From positions 12,340,001 to 12,404,000 of the forward strand of contig NC_045698.1 in NCBI RefSeq assembly GCF_009834535.1: a stretch of DNA of 64,000 bases, read 5' to 3'. This DNA comes from Camelus ferus (Eukaryota). The notes beneath the pieces are model-generated. The model was not told the origin of the DNA. It saw only the letters and a program-made list of their open reading frames with translations, and did no database searches. The translations under genes and the position numbers were made by a program. This document shows, in pieces, positions 13,120 to 26,445 of the stretch (positions are counted from its first letter, which is position 1; each line of letters starts with the position of its first letter).

Positions 13120-13601
13120 ACTGGGTTTGAAATAAATGAAGCAAGTCTGCAGAAAGTTCTTCCAAATCTCACAGCTCATATATAAAAGAAATTTGAACCA
13201 AGTCTGCCCAAACTTGCCAACAATCCTAAAAATGTACATGACATTGCCATGTATTCTTTATGAAGCGGAAAGAAACTCTTCTACGCTATCAATGATAAAA
13301 AGTGAATTCTATTAACTGTGCTAGAGAGAGACTGAATTGTCATTCTTATTCTCTCTATAGAAAATATTATCTCAAAAATAGCCATTGTTTGAAGAAGGGA
13401 TTAAGGGACATGCTGACCAAAAAAATGTAGGAAAACATTATTAGAGATGAGTGTTCATTAATAACAAATTTTTTAAGATTTGCAGTTTGTTATGATTACT
13501 TTGTTCATCTTTTGGCCTAATGTGCCTGTGTATTATTTTTAATAATTGGACTTCACCTAACTGTGTAAGCTCTGGGTCCCATAAAACCAGGATCCACCCC
13601 T
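13120..13601 (+). mobile_element. Zaphod/MER115-like hAT-Tip100 fragment with decayed transposase C-terminus
   Basis: 13208-13315 translates PNLPTILKMYMTLPCILYEAERNSSTLSMIKSEFY*, resembling the hAT C-terminal dimerisation motif (LP..S..ER.FS.L..IK); ends CCCATAAAACCAGGATCCACCCCT. Confidence 0.8.
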
Positions 13602-13837
13602 TGGTAGGGCTGAGGAGAGGGACCCACTGGGGAGGAGAAGAAACCAGGAAGATTCACGAAAGCCAGAGAGAGGACTGTTTCTAGGAAAGAGTGGCTGGCA
13701 GTGAATGTTCTGGGACATTACTGTCAAAAATCTCACACCTGCTCAGCAAAAGGCCTTCAGGAATTGAAAACTGCTTCATCATGGGAAAACCTGGGTGTTT
13801 CTAAGTGTTCCATCTGCCTCAAAATCACCAAGATTCT

Positions 13838-13961
13838 GGGCTGCCAGATTTAGCAAATAAAACCGTAAGAAGCCCTGTCAATTTGAATTTCAGAAAAAAG
13901 CAAACAATGTTTTAGTATGAGTATGTCCTAAGCAATAGTGGTATCTTATCTGACAACACTA
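13838..13961. mobile_element. MER53-like palindromic hAT MITE, right arm largely deleted
   Basis: GGGCTGCCAGATTTAGCAAATAAAA...ATTTGAATTTCAGA...TAGTATGAGTATGTCC...TTATCTGACAACACTA. Confidence 0.8.
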
Positions 13962-14349
13962 CCTGGTGAGTTTCTTAAAAGCACGGTTTACTCAGGTGAT
14001 TCGTAGGTAGATGTAGGTGCACTTGCTCTAGACTTAAGAAAGTATTATTTTAGGCATTCGGGTCACTGTTCAGAAGAATCCTGTGAACTATCAAAATCGA
14101 TCTCTCCAAATTGATTTCCAATCCATCCACAAACATGTGGCCTAACCTTTACAATTAAGAGGATGAATTTTAACCTGGGAGCAAGCAGAGGGATTTAGTC
14201 AATAACAGAGCTGCAAATTAACCTCTGAAGTAAGGTGATTGTTATCAAAAGGCATGGACCAAACAGGTTAGATGTTGGGGTCCTCATCTCCAACTCATTG
14301 TATTCTTTTCCTTTTTCTTTTTTATTTAGTTTATTTTTGTCACCAATTT

Positions 14350-15325
14350 TTTCACCTTAATTGAGGTGTAACTGACAAATAAAATTGTAAGATAATTTAA
14401 AGTGTACATCGTGGTCATTTGATATCTGCATTTATTGTGAAAGGATCCCCATCACCTTGTTAAGCCTCACATGTTTATCTTTTTGGCACGTGTGTGAGAA
14501 CATTTACGTTCTCCTCTTGCAGCAAGTTTTAATTATACAACGAGTGTTATCAACCATTGTCTCCATGTTTTACATTAGATCCTCAGAACTGTTCAGCTTG
14601 TAGTTGAACGTCTGCACCCTTTTGCCAACCTCTCCCTATTTTCCTCACCCCCTAACCTCTGGCAACCACTTTTCTACTCTTTGTTTCTAAGAGTTTTAAT
14701 TTTTTTTTAAATTTTATCATTCCACATATACTATTTGACTTTCTTTGTCTGGCTTATTTCACTTAGCATAATACCCTCAAGATTCATCCACATTGTTGCA
14801 GATAGCAGGATTTCTTTCTCATGGCTGAATAGTATTCCATTTTATAGATATATAGTATGTAATTGTATATATATATTCCACATCTTTTTTATCTGTTCAT
14901 CTGTCAATGGACAATTAGGTTGTTTCCATATCTTAGCTCCTGTGACTAATGCTGCAGTGAACATGGGAGTACAGGTGTCTCTTTGCCACAGTGCTTTCAT
15001 TTCCTTCAGATAAATACCCAGAAGTGGAATTTCTGGATCATATGGTAGTTCTGTTTTTAATTTTTTGAGGAATCTCCATACTCTTTTCCATAATGGCTCC
15101 ACCAATTTATATTCCCACCAACAGTGCACAAGGGTTCCCTTTTTCCCACATCCTCACCAGCACTTGTGATGTAACATCACATTGTGCTTTTGATTTGATG
15201 GTTAGTGATGTTAAGTACTTTTCATGTACCTGTTGGCCATTTGTAAGTGTTCTTCGGAAAAATGTCTATCTAGTTCCTCGACCCATTTTTTTTTTATTGG
15301 ATTGTTTGGGTTTTTGTTCCTACTC
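14350..15325 (-). mobile_element. LINE-1 (L1MA9-like) 3' fragment including ORF2 C-terminus
   Basis: ORF 14842-15129(-) [39 protein letters not shown]...CTPMFTAAL is the L1 ORF2 C-terminal region; 3' UTR follows. Confidence 0.92.
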
Positions 15326-15334
15326 TTTTTAAAA

Positions 15335-15925
15335 AATTATAATGGAAAAAATATATAACATAACATTTGCCATTTTAACTAGTTTTAAGTGTACAGTTCA
15401 GTGACATTAAGTACATTCACAGTGTTGTGCAGCCATCATCAATTTCTATTTCCAAAATGTTTTCATTGTGCCCCCAACAGAAACTCTGTTAACAGTGAGC
15501 AATAACTCTTATTCTCCCTCCCCCATCCCCTGGTAACCTCTATTCTACATTCTCTAGGAATTTGCCTATTATAGATATGTCATCTAAATGGAGTCATATG
15601 TTATTTTTCCTTTTATAACTGACTTATTTCCCTTAAGATAATGTTTTCAAGGTTTCATCTATGTTATAGCATATACCAACTTCATTTATTTTTATAGCTG
15701 AATAATATTCCATTGTACATATACAACACATTTGTTCACCCATTCATTTGTCAACAGACATTTATCTAGTTTCCAGCTTTTGACTAATGTGAATAACACT
15801 GCCACGAACATTGATATACAAGTATCTGTTTGAGTCCCTACTTTCCGTTCTTTTGGATACATACACAGAAATGAAATAGCTGGGTCACATATTAATTCTT
15901 TCTAGCTTTTAAGATCTACCCAACG
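15335..15925 (-). mobile_element. L1MB-type LINE-1 3' fragment
   Basis: TTTTAAGTGTACAGTTCAGTGACATTAAGTACATTCACAGTGTTGTGCAGCCATCA...GCTGAATAATATTCCATTGTA. Confidence 0.88.
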
Positions 15926-15988
15926 CCCCACTGTTTATAGCCTACTTGTTATACAAGAACAGCCACTGAGCTCCAACATAGCAGCAGC

Positions 15989-16559
15989 CAGGGCCAGCTT
16001 CTTAGGCATGTGAGCTGTGCCCTTTCTCGGGGCCCCATGCTCAGGAGAGCTCACACTCAGAAAGGCCCGACGCTGAGAAAGGCCCCATATATGGTTTAAT
16101 TCTCTGTTGCCACCATCTTGAAATTCTTAATAATCCTGCCTTTGGACTTGTGTTTTGTAAGTGAAGTCCAATAGGACAATGGCGTGTGTGAGCAGGGGAG
16201 ACATGCCCAGTGTCCCTGTTCTCAGCCATTCCTTGTTGTCCCATTTGCTCAGCGTGTTGATACTGACCCATGAGCACACGTTTCTGGAAGACCAGGGTGC
16301 ATGGGATTTGAGGGAGACTCCAAGTGAGCCCCGGGTAAGGGTGTTCCGTCTATGATAGCCCCAAGTGGCCTCACCTCTTTTTAAATCAAAACTTGCTTTG
16401 GGCACAGAAAGAAATCAATGATGTTTGAAGAAATAAGCCACCAAGGAACCTATCATATCCTTTCTTATTCATGTCACTTCCCTTATTCACCCACTACTTG
16501 TGCTGAAAGTGATGATATAGAAGGAGAGGGAAAGCCTGGTTACTTTTCCTTTCAACCCT
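15989..16559 (+). mobile_element. Long MER45-type (B/C/R) hAT-Tip100 element, cut by the assembly gap
   Basis: CAGGGCCAGCTTC start, CATCTTGAAATTCTTAATAAT, TTGTGTTTTGTAAGTGAAGTCC; homologous to 56240-56750. Confidence 0.8.
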
Positions 16560-16659
16560 NNNNNNNNNNNNNNNNNNNNNNNNNNNNNNNNNNNNNNNNN
16601 NNNNNNNNNNNNNNNNNNNNNNNNNNNNNNNNNNNNNNNNNNNNNNNNNNNNNNNNNNN
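16560..16659. other. Assembly gap (100 N)
   Basis: Run of exactly 100 N. Confidence 1.
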
Positions 16660-18749
16660 AGGACTGCAGTGTGCTTTGTCACGTGGAAGGCAAATGCTCA
16701 CATGTCCCTGAAATACTGAAGGAAGTCAGAGAAAGGAAGTTTGCCAGCGGGACGCTTGTGATATTTTTGGCAGCGATGTTCTCACTACCTGCAAGCTGTG
16801 TGTTTGTGTCTATTATGATGTTTACTGCAACTTGAAAAAGAATAGCTACTAAATTAGGATATGATGAACTTCTCAGCTGGAGAGAGAACAGGGTCTAACA
16901 GAGAACAACATTTGGGCTTTGAGATACTGTGTTCTCTTTGAGGTTACATTTAGATGTTAGGATAAGCAAGGAGAGGGTGGGGGGAACCACTTCCAGAAGA
17001 CAGAAACAGCTTAGGTGGGACCAGTCCAGGGAAGAAACATGGAAATGTTTGACGTGAGCTCTATTGTTGTTTTGTCTAAAAAGATTAAGGGCTCTAAGCT
17101 TTGTCATCACATCCTTCTGTCCTTTTAGTTTGCTTGGTGAGGTTTTTTCCCCCCCCTGGAGATTCTGTTTTATTTCAATGAGCGTTTGGTGGTTCTGGGT
17201 GACAGATTTACTATAAAACTGTTTGGGACTTTGATCACTTTTCAAGAGCAATGGCTCTTTGGCGTTGTCACTGGAAAGGAGTTTGAAAGCTCTGTAAAAT
17301 CTCTTCTCTCTGCTTTCCAGGGAGAAAGTCACACCACAAATTCGATTGTTTTCAGACTTGTCAAGAGTCTCCAGCCAGGCTATTCAAGATAGTTTCGGCC
17401 TGGGCTGGGAGGAACAAATGAATATACTCCTCTGAGGAAAGTGGTTGGGGGGGTCTGGATGGAAGAACCTCCAGGCAACACCCCGCTCCTTGGAAGGATA
17501 ATTGGCGTGTAGAACGGGGAGCAGAGACTGCTCTCATGGACGGTCCCCTGTAATTACCCCATCTGGAATGTTCTCAGGACCAAATTGAAGGGGTTGTGGA
17601 ACTACTGAATGATCGATGTGTGGCCTTTTATCCTAAGGAGAATTTTACCGAGGCGGAAGTCCTCTTTCTTCATAGTTTGCTTAGTAAGAGGGTAACAGCC
17701 AGAAACAGTGGTTCATTTATGAATCAATCCACTTTTTAGGTCTCTCTCTACACTTGTACCCACATGCACCACGTATAAATGATACTTAATGTGCTACATA
17801 TGTGTGTGTGTGTTTAATAAAACACAACTCATAGAAAGGTTGTTTAAAGACCTTAAAAGTACGTGTAGCGTCACTCCAGGATTTGGGAGTGAGAGATGCT
17901 TTCTAAAACAAATCACTAATGATAATAAAAGGCATTTTATAAAATTAGACCCTTGAAAACTCACTGGAGAGCTACACCCCTATTCCTCACTGGCCCCCAC
18001 CCCCCTTTTTATTTCTACTTTTTGACAGAGCAGAGGGATCTGGGATTAGGATAGATTTTTTACCATCCAAACTCTTTATTTTTTTTCTTGCCTATTTGTA
18101 TGAGAGCGAAAAAGGACTCTTTCTTAAGGAGTTTGTTCTTCAGGCCCAAAGTCACACATGTGAGCTCGGCTACCGGGCTCCAGGACCTGCCCCTCTGCCT
18201 TGGAAACCAGGTGCTGCCTGGTGTTCTCTTGGCCTTTAGCACAGAACAATAGCCGTCTTCTGCCTCACCGTTTGCCCTCGGGGGCTGAGAAGTTGCTTTA
18301 CTGGTTGCTCATTTCTGACTAATTCTCCCTGATTATCCCCTTCTGAGGTTTTTTATGTTGCCTGTTTTCTGATGTATTTGTTCAGACATATGAGGAAGGG
18401 AAAATGCTATTTATTTAAAAGCTTCATAAATAAGTGGGTAAAGCTTTTCATGGGAAATCAATCAACCGCCTCAAATGTAGAAAATTCTTAATGATCCGTG
18501 GCAAACTGTGTCCATGAAGAAAGCCCTTTTCTCTTTCCTGTCCTATAACGGATTAAGAACCATTAAAAGGCACCCAAGGCAGTCTGGTGGGCAAGTAGAC
18601 TGAAACGGAATCAGAGCCAACAGCATTTGTAAATTTAATAATTGAACGTTGAAAAATGGAAAATCAAGCATAAAAAGATAGAGGCTTTCTCGCTTTAGTA
18701 ACGCATTACCCTTCTAATGATTATCGCCTTTATTGAAAACATCAAAAAA

Positions 18750-18985
18750 AGCAAAGGACAAAGTCATAGAGACAGAAAGGAGACAGCTGATCACTAGGGA
18801 CTAGGCAGGGAGATGGGGGCAGACGGAACCAGTTCCGCAAGATGGATGGTGGTGCTGGTTGCACAACAAAGTACATACTTGATGCTACTGCAGTGTGCGC
18901 TTACAAATGGCTAAAATGGTACTTTTTATGTATACACATATTTTACTACAATAAATACATGCAAAAAAAGGAAAAAGAAAAAGAG
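18750..18985 (+). mobile_element. Old L1M(B/E) 3' end
   Basis: CATAGAGACAGAAAGGAGA...GGTGGTGCTGGTTGCACAAC...AAATGGCTAAAATGGTA...CAATAAA plus A-rich tail. Confidence 0.75.
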
Positions 18986-19849
18986 AAAATGAGTAATGTT
19001 AGAATTGGTTACCGTTGAATTAACTAGAATGTTTGATGTTTGGGTCTTAGCAGAGAAGAGGCAAGAACCCTCCTAAATGACTGTTGGGCGTATCTCTGCA
19101 GAGAGAAATGAGGAAAGCCATTTCAACAGCTTAGCATTTATAGGGTACACAACTGGGAGTAAAACACATGTGAAAAATATCATGATAGAAGGCCTTTATT
19201 TAAAGTGTGGTTGAAGGCCGCTGACTCACTGGATAACTGGAGTATTTGTGGCTTGAGTAATGGTCGAGCCAAGAATCCTGGAGTCAGACTCTTTCTTCCT
19301 TGGGGGGAAGAAAAAGGGGTCAAGTAAATTCTATCCCACTCTATCTTGGATATTTTGTTCAACAATGATTTTGACCAACCCCAAATTCCTCCAAAGAGGG
19401 AGGAATGTTCAGTGTTTTTGTAACCTTGATTAACTGTGGTGTTATTCCAAACAAGGAGGCATACCCATCTGGGGGCAAGAGGTGGAAAGGAAAAAGCTAA
19501 ATCAGGAGTCTGGTGTTGATCCCAGCCAGATGACGGATGTCTGACGGATGGGGTCAGTGCCACTTCTGATCTCATCCTAAGCCAAGACACTCTTTAAGCA
19601 TCTGGGCAAAAATCTGGACTCAAGTGTGAAGCGATTTGATTGACTCGACTAAATAACTGAAGAAAGTCAAGTTATTCTGATAACGATATACTTATGATTT
19701 ATCTTCCTAAGGTGGCATTTATTTACGAGTGTTTTCTGGTTGGGATAACTAACTTATGAACCAGGTGCTTGGAAGTGCGATGGCTAAGAATTGCTGTTTT
19801 CTATGAAGTCCACGGTACTAGGTTAGCAGGAATCTGGTCATCTTAGGGA

Positions 19850-20105
19850 TGCTGTTGAATGTAGTCGAGCAAAGATCTTCTGGAGCCAGACTTCCTGGCA
19901 TGAATTCCAGGTCCGCTCTTACAAGATGAGATCTCAGGCATTTGCCCACGTCTCTGTGCCTTGGAATTGTCATCTCTAAATGGAGGATGATTGCAATAGA
20001 TCTTACATCATAGGTTATTGTGAAATGTGGTTTGAAACACGTAAAGTGCTCCGAACAGAGCCTGGCCTGTAGGAATTGGGCTGTAAAAGTTAGTTATTAT
20101 TACCA
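19850..20105 (+). mobile_element. MIR SINE
   Basis: TCTGGAGCCAGACTTCCTGG...CTCTGTGCCTT...CATCTCTAAATGGAGGATGAT...GTAAAGTGCTCCGAACAGAGCCTGGC. Confidence 0.8.
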
Positions 20106-21400
20106 TTAATCATTGCCTCTTTCGGGGAGGACATGTCTAAAACAGTAAGCGTGAAAGCTGTTGTGGGGGTTCTGTTGCCTGGGAATTAGAGACCCTTTAG
20201 TACCTACATTGGAGAGTTCAAAACTCAACAGCTATATCAAATCATCACATTGTGCACTTTAAATACATTACAATTTTGTTTGTCAGTTACATCTCAATAA
20301 AGTGGAGAAAAAGAGAAAAAACCTCCATGGCCGTGACCCACATATATTGCTGGAAATAAAATACTGGTTTTAATGAATCATTCCTGCATTTACTCATTTG
20401 CTGAGACCCCACAGGCCAGGCATTGGGGATACCAAGTCAGTTATGACCTGACTTACTGTGATGCTCAGCCTAGTGGCAAAGACACTCACATAAAGAGACT
20501 GCCATGCAATATGTAGGTGCAGAGACAGAGATGTTTTAAAGGTATCACTGAGATGTAACGGTGGGGAAGCTTATGCGCTGGGGAGAGGGTGGGGAGGAAT
20601 AGTCAGGGAAAATTCCTGGACGTAATCCCCCTGAATACCTGTTGGATCAAATAAAACTCAATTAAAAAAAAATTTGTAAACGTGTCAGCCTGTATCCCTG
20701 AAAGATAAGGATTCTCTCTCACTCTCTTATAAACAAAATACTATTATTACCCCTAAAAGAAATAATAATGATTGCTGGCACCACAGGACCCACAGCATAT
20801 TACGTCAGTAAAACTCTATCCAGTGTACAACTTTACTAGAGCAGGAAGGTAAACCGATGGGTTTTTATAAATACTTGGCGTGAGAAGAAGAATTTTCTGC
20901 TTATAACATAGCTTTAAAAACACTCTAATGTTCCCCCAAGCTTTTAGTAAAAACAGTTTTTTTTTTTACAGCAATTACAAAAAGATAATCTTACTGAACT
21001 GAAATCCTAGACTACATCTGATATCATTTTAGTTTTCAGTGACCTACTTACGGCATGGCATGATTTACAGTTGAGGTTTATTGCTTTAGCAAAATGATGC
21101 TTTGGTCGTTCACTTAAAAAGAAAAAAGTCTTCTCAGTTTTATTCTCTAGTATGGAATGAAACCTTTAAACAGTCAAAATTGGCTTAAGGTTAAATCATC
21201 ATTAAAACAGTTTTGTACCTTGGAGCTAAAATAGATGTGCTCCTTAATACTGAGGTATATAGAGCTTGCATTTCCCAAAAAGGGAAGGAAACTACATCCC
21301 CACAACCGCATGCAGGATGAGTAAATGGCACAGACACACACAAAGGCTAATTAAAAGTGGAACATTTAAGAAGCTTTGCATCTCAGGTGTTTTGTTAAAG

Positions 21401-22315
21401 TGTTAGCAGACAGTGAAACCCCTAAATTAGGAGGCCCACCAAAGTGTGGGTCTTTGACGCAGGCTGTGAAAGATTTGTTCCTAGAGGCAAAATGAAAAGG
21501 CTGCTTTTATTTCTCAAAAGAGGAAAAGGAAGGAAAGTGCTTGAGCAGGGCGAAGGAAAAAAAATTCGCTTGAGCAGGGAAAGGAAACGCTTGAGCCGGG
21601 AGCCCTCAGACAAGCTGGCTGGTAGAGACAGCTCCGGACGGGTCAGGCCACGTGGACTTTTACAGGAGGCTTCTGCCATCATGTCCTCCTTCTGGGTGTG
21701 GGTGGAGACAATCAGTCCTTGCATGTCTTCTCAGCCCTTGTGTGGGTTTTTCCAGTTGTTGTCATGGCAATCGTCAACTGTCATGGCATTGGTGGGTGTG
21801 TCACTTAGCATGCTAATACATTGCAATGAGCACATAATGAGGCTGAAGGTCCACTGGAAGTCAAACTCTCCTCCATCTTGGACTCTGTGGGTTCTAAGCA
21901 GTTCTTATTTTGTTGTTTCATTGGAACTGCCTCCTGAGACTTAGGTAAGAGTAATTGTTTAGTTGAGGAAGGCACCAGGGTATGATCCTGGGGGCAACAG
22001 CTTGGTAACAAGAAGGAAAGTTGCTTCTAACCAGAATGGCTGCAATCTGGTGGACCCCACATACCCCCCAAAAAAACATCTGCAAAGATTCTCTTCAGCC
22101 CTGAAAGTTCTAAAGGGAAATGAAGAATTATCTCAGTCAATCGTTGAGATAGGTTGTCAGAGTCACTGTCATCCCCCAGTGCCTGCAGGCTTGTCTCATC
22201 AATGGCTTGAGCCTGCTCTTCAATGACTCAGGAAGGCCTGGGAGATCAGCTTTTCTATAAACAAGAGGCAGAAGTTGGGGGGGGCGGTAGGCCCACAGGG
22301 TCCTGCTTGGTATCA
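21401..22315 (-). mobile_element. Composite of two ERV1-type LTR sequences (21401-22010 and 22011-22315)
   Basis: Unit 1 TGTTAGCAG...GGTAACA; unit 2 ends GGTCCTGCTTGGTATCA (rc TGATACCAAGCAGGACC); whole block flanked by AAAG on both sides. Confidence 0.7.
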
Positions 22316-23702
22316 AAAGTCCCCTTTCAATTTAGTCCTAAGTGAAATCAATTGTTTGCATTTGGTTGGACACATACAACATTAACAGTAGTGGAAAAAG
22401 GAGTGATCTCTGGGCTGCCAGGAGGACTCCTGCGTGACCTCAAAGTCCCCAGCTCCCTCCAAGGGGAGACGAGCCACCCCAGATCCTGACCAGCTTTCCT
22501 CTTGCCCTCTCCCTCTAAATCACTTAAATCCTTTGTCTCCAACTACATTAGATCTATTCAGGGTTTCCCTTTTTAATGCCTCCACAATTTCTTAATATCT
22601 ACAAAGAGTGGATTGATTCCCACCACGCCAGCAGGAAGCAGCAGGGTGTACAGACTGGACGGGCCCCAATCTGAGGAGCAAGCCAACAAGGGGAATATTG
22701 TCTTTCTTTTCATTCTGTCTTTTATTTTTTTTAGAGCATTTTTCTTTCTTATCCAGATTAGCCTGACCTCAGCACAAGGCAACCAGATATTACTTTTAAC
22801 GGCAAACTTGAATGTCGCCTGGATTGCGTTGGTGGTTTTCCATGGATGTAATTCAATAATCCCAGTGGAGCGCCTTCCGTCCCTTGTTACTCTTATCCTG
22901 GTAGAAATACTTTGTTGGGGCTATTATGGTGTCTTTTATTTTTAATCCAGCTGAAAATGGAAACATTCCAGAGCTTAGAAATATTAATGAGAAAATTCTT
23001 TGCTTTACATACATAGCAGAGTACCCTACTCACCATGGACAAGAATAAAACTATTTTGCCCCAGTTTTACCTCAATAGAAACATTTTATCTGAAGCTTTT
23101 CAAGCTACGCTTTTAAGAAAGAATCATATGACACACACGTATACAAAATGGAAATGCCCTGGCAGATAAAATTAACATTCTCTTGTTGTACCTGCAGTGC
23201 AAACAGTTCTAAAAGGAGTTGCTAAATAATGTACACTCTCTGATGATCTAAATGCAGCTGTGCTCTTTCCTATTTTAAAAATCCTGAGAGTTAAAGCCTA
23301 ATCTAATCCTTTCTTTGTCAGAGTTTCTGTCAAATGATCAGACCCTTGGAAATTTTTTCATTCCGGACTGATGGGTTGTCTTGAATCCAGCCAACATTAT
23401 GAACAGGCTGTCTGTAAGTCTCTAAGGACCTTCTAGTGTTTGTTTATTAACAGATGGAAATGGACTTGCCGTCTTGCTCTTGTTCTAACTAAATAAACCT
23501 GTGTCAAGACCCAAATGGGCGCTTTAAACAGATGGATCTCTTCTTTCTAAAAGACATGACTTACTATTATCATTTACCTCTAGGCACAGTCCTGTCAGGA
23601 TGATTTATGAGATGGTACAGTAATTGTAAGTGGGAATCACCTGGAAAATGAGTCGGTCTTGTTCATTTCATGAAAACAAAAGAGAGAAAAGTTCCCCTTT
23701 CT

Positions 23703-24114
23703 TGCGGTCACCTGGTAAAAGCAGGATGGAATCCCACCCAAAATGCGGTTTCGATGTGGGGGCTGATGATACCACACAAGCAGCAAGAGGGTGTGGAAGG
23801 TTTTATCACTCACATAGTGAGGCTTTCTGGGGAGAGCAGGGCAGGCTCCCAAGTGGGTACAAAATTGGCTTCAGAGAGCAGGGAAAGGAGACCAGCGTGG
23901 CTTTTCACTATATTAGGAGGTAGCAGAGGTGAGGATTTCCACCTGTGTCCCAGAGCTTGTTCGGTTTGAACCTCCCACTGGTGTCAGAGAGGGGAGCACC
24001 TGGCCTTTCCTATCAGCTGGCCAAGATGGGGAGGGGGCAGACGCAGAAGGGGGAGTGGTGATGCTTGAGACCCGTCAGGAGTCAAACGTCAAATGAGGTG
24101 AGAGTCCATATTTC
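23703..24114 (-). mobile_element. Old eutherian LTR (MER76/MER77-like, family uncertain)
   Basis: CTGATGATACCACAC...TCACATAGTGAGGCTTTCTGGGGAGAGCAGGGCAGGCTCCCAAG...AGTCAAACGTCAAA. Confidence 0.65.
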
Positions 24115-24944
24115 AGGTCCCTTTACACTGAAGACCGAAGGCAATATCAAAAAAAGAAAGGTAAATATTTTTAGACTAAAACTAAATGCGGCTTGAGACG
24201 TGAAGGTTTTGGGGTATTCTTTGGAAACCTTCTGAAATTCTGCTATGTATTTCCTTTTGGGGCTTTTGGGGGCAAAACAATGTCCACAGTCAGCCAGTCC
24301 TCTTTGTTTCTGATAAAAACGTTTGGATACAAAGTCATAAAATGTCCAGATTATTCCTGAAGACACTTAAAAATGGCCCCATTCAAGCCAATCAACTCTT
24401 ACTGTCGGTAGGTTATTTTCCACTTTCTAACCTAAACCCTTTGCACACGAGGTCAAGGTTCTCCACAGAACCCTTGATGGATTTCTGGGCGATCAGAAGG
24501 TTAAAGAACATTAGGAATTGTTTAGGATCATCTCACCCATTTTCAGATTGGGAATCTTAAGGCCTGGAGGTGTCTGGTGTGTTAGCCGAGATCACACAAA
24601 CTAGAATCCAAGCCCGGAGGCTTGTCTAATGCACTTCACCTAATTTAGCCCAGAAGCTTGGTTATCTTATATTGTCCTAGGCTTTTCATTACAACACTTT
24701 CTCTGCAGAGTGGCGTTAAGGGTCTCGTTTGTTTGTTTGTTTGTTTAGTTAGTACACTTTGTATGTTGTATGTTGTTTTCCCGTAATCTTCTAAGTCTGA
24801 ATATACTGCAGCGTTTTTAGATGAATTCTAAAACAGAGGCCCTGTATCTTATTACCCTGGAAATGTTTAATTATATCTCAGCATTGGGTAAGATACCAAC
24901 CACAGGTCTTCCCTATAACCTACATTCTAGGATTTTTTAAAAAG

Positions 24945-25753
24945 AAAATTAATTTAAATTTAAATTTAAGGATGGTTTTAGATATACATGGAAGTTTTGA
25001 AGCTAGTACCGTGAATTTACAAATCCTGCTTGCTCACTCTGCCTTATTGATAATGTCTTACATTAGTAATGGTACATTTGTCAAAATTAATCAACCAATA
25101 TTGATCGGTATTCATCCTTTATTCACATTTCCTTAGCTCTTTACTTAATATTACTTTTCTGTTCCAGGATCCCATCCAGGACACCACATTTTGTCTAGTT
25201 TTGTCTCCTTAGGCTCCTCTTGGCTGTGACAGTTTCTCCGACTTTCCTTATTCTGTTTTGACATCCTTGACAGACTCAAGGAGAACTGGTCAAGTATTTT
25301 GTAGAACGTCCCTCAGTTGGGATCCATCTGATGTTTTTTTTCATGATTTGAATGGAGTTCTGAGTTCCTGGCGGGGAGGGAGAACGTGCCATTCTCAGCA
25401 CACGGCATCATGGGTACATACTGTCAGTATGAGTTCTGGCTCTTGAGTTTAACCTCATCACCAGGCTGAGGTGGTGACTGTCAGATTACCGGCTCTGCAG
25501 GAGATTCTACACACCTATAGGTGGCAAGACAGGAAGGACAGAGGGGTTTTTATGTATGATTTCTACACCAAAAAGTGACTCCATTTCATATTACACTCTG
25601 GCAGAAAGTTTTTATGAGTCACCTAAACTTAACGGATAGTTATGTTCCTCCACTACCTAAGGGTGGAACAGGAACATAAATTATTCAGATTTTTGCATGA
25701 GAGATTTGTCTACTATTATCTATCATCTGTCTGTCTGTCTGTCAGTCTGTCTG

Positions 25754-25799
<46 letters not shown>

Positions 25800-26445
25800 A
25801 TATATAAGAGTATGTACTCCTGAATATTTATTTACTAATTTGGATTATAATCCAATGCTACTTTATTTTGTTACTTAAATTGCTTCAGCTTTGTCCTTTG
25901 AGACTTGCAATGGCAACTGTCCTTTTGACACACCCCTTCCACGTCCTTTTCACAGCACTTCCTATTTCCTGGCGCTGTAAGAATACACTCCACTTTCATA
26001 TTGTGCAGTCCCTACGTCAGCGCTACAATCAGCCATTTCTCTAAGGGGCATACTTTCTTTTAGTGAAGAATTCTCTTTTTAACCTTGGTTCTGGAAACCA
26101 AGATCTGGGTGTAAGGCGTGCTTGTTATACTAGGCTTCCTTTGCTTCTAGGTGGTCCTTTCAGCCAACAGAGCAAGGAAATATCTGTGCATATTTGAACC
26201 CTTGTATATACATACATCTATAAATATTTATATATATATATATCTGTCTTTATATTAAGCAAAAAATGTGTTCATACTGATGTCTCCAACTAATCCAGAA
26301 CCTCATGGGTTATTCCAGCCTCCTTCCCTTGTTTATCTGTAACCTCCCACTCCAGCAGAGAGGAACCTGGCTCCCACCACCTGCCACCCATTCATTCAAT
26401 TGTTCAATTCCAGTTATACATGTATAGTGGTTTCAGAATTTTAAT
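24945..26445 (-). mobile_element. L1MC/L1MD-type LINE-1 3' UTR
   Basis: TTCTGTTCCAGGATCCCATCCAGGACACCACATT...TGTGACAGTTTCTC...GTAGAACGTCCCTCAGTTGGGAT...GAAACCAAGATCTGGGTG. Confidence 0.85.
25717..25800. repeat. Compound (TCTG)n(TCTA)n tetranucleotide microsatellite
   Basis: Direct reading: about six TCTG units with one TCAG, then about ten uninterrupted TCTA units. Confidence 0.95.

Noticed and set aside
14842..15129. Protein-like ORFs here and at 57205-57444
   Set aside because: Fragments of L1 ORF2 inside truncated elements, not host genes.
16418..16711. ORFs containing X runs
   Set aside because: Artefacts of reading through the N gap.
21444..21944. 166-aa ORF; also the 139-aa ORF at 26420-26839 and 153-aa ORF at 10357-10818
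   Set aside because: They lie within or run across LTR, L1, MIR or SINE sequence and have no recognisable protein features.
22757..22900. Strong 3' splice site (long pyrimidine tract plus CAG at 22754-22756) and a hydrophobic 110-aa ORF
   Set aside because: No good matching donor, and the hydrophobicity comes from the T-rich tract. Isolated splice-like sites (also near 17320 and 41218) are too common to call.
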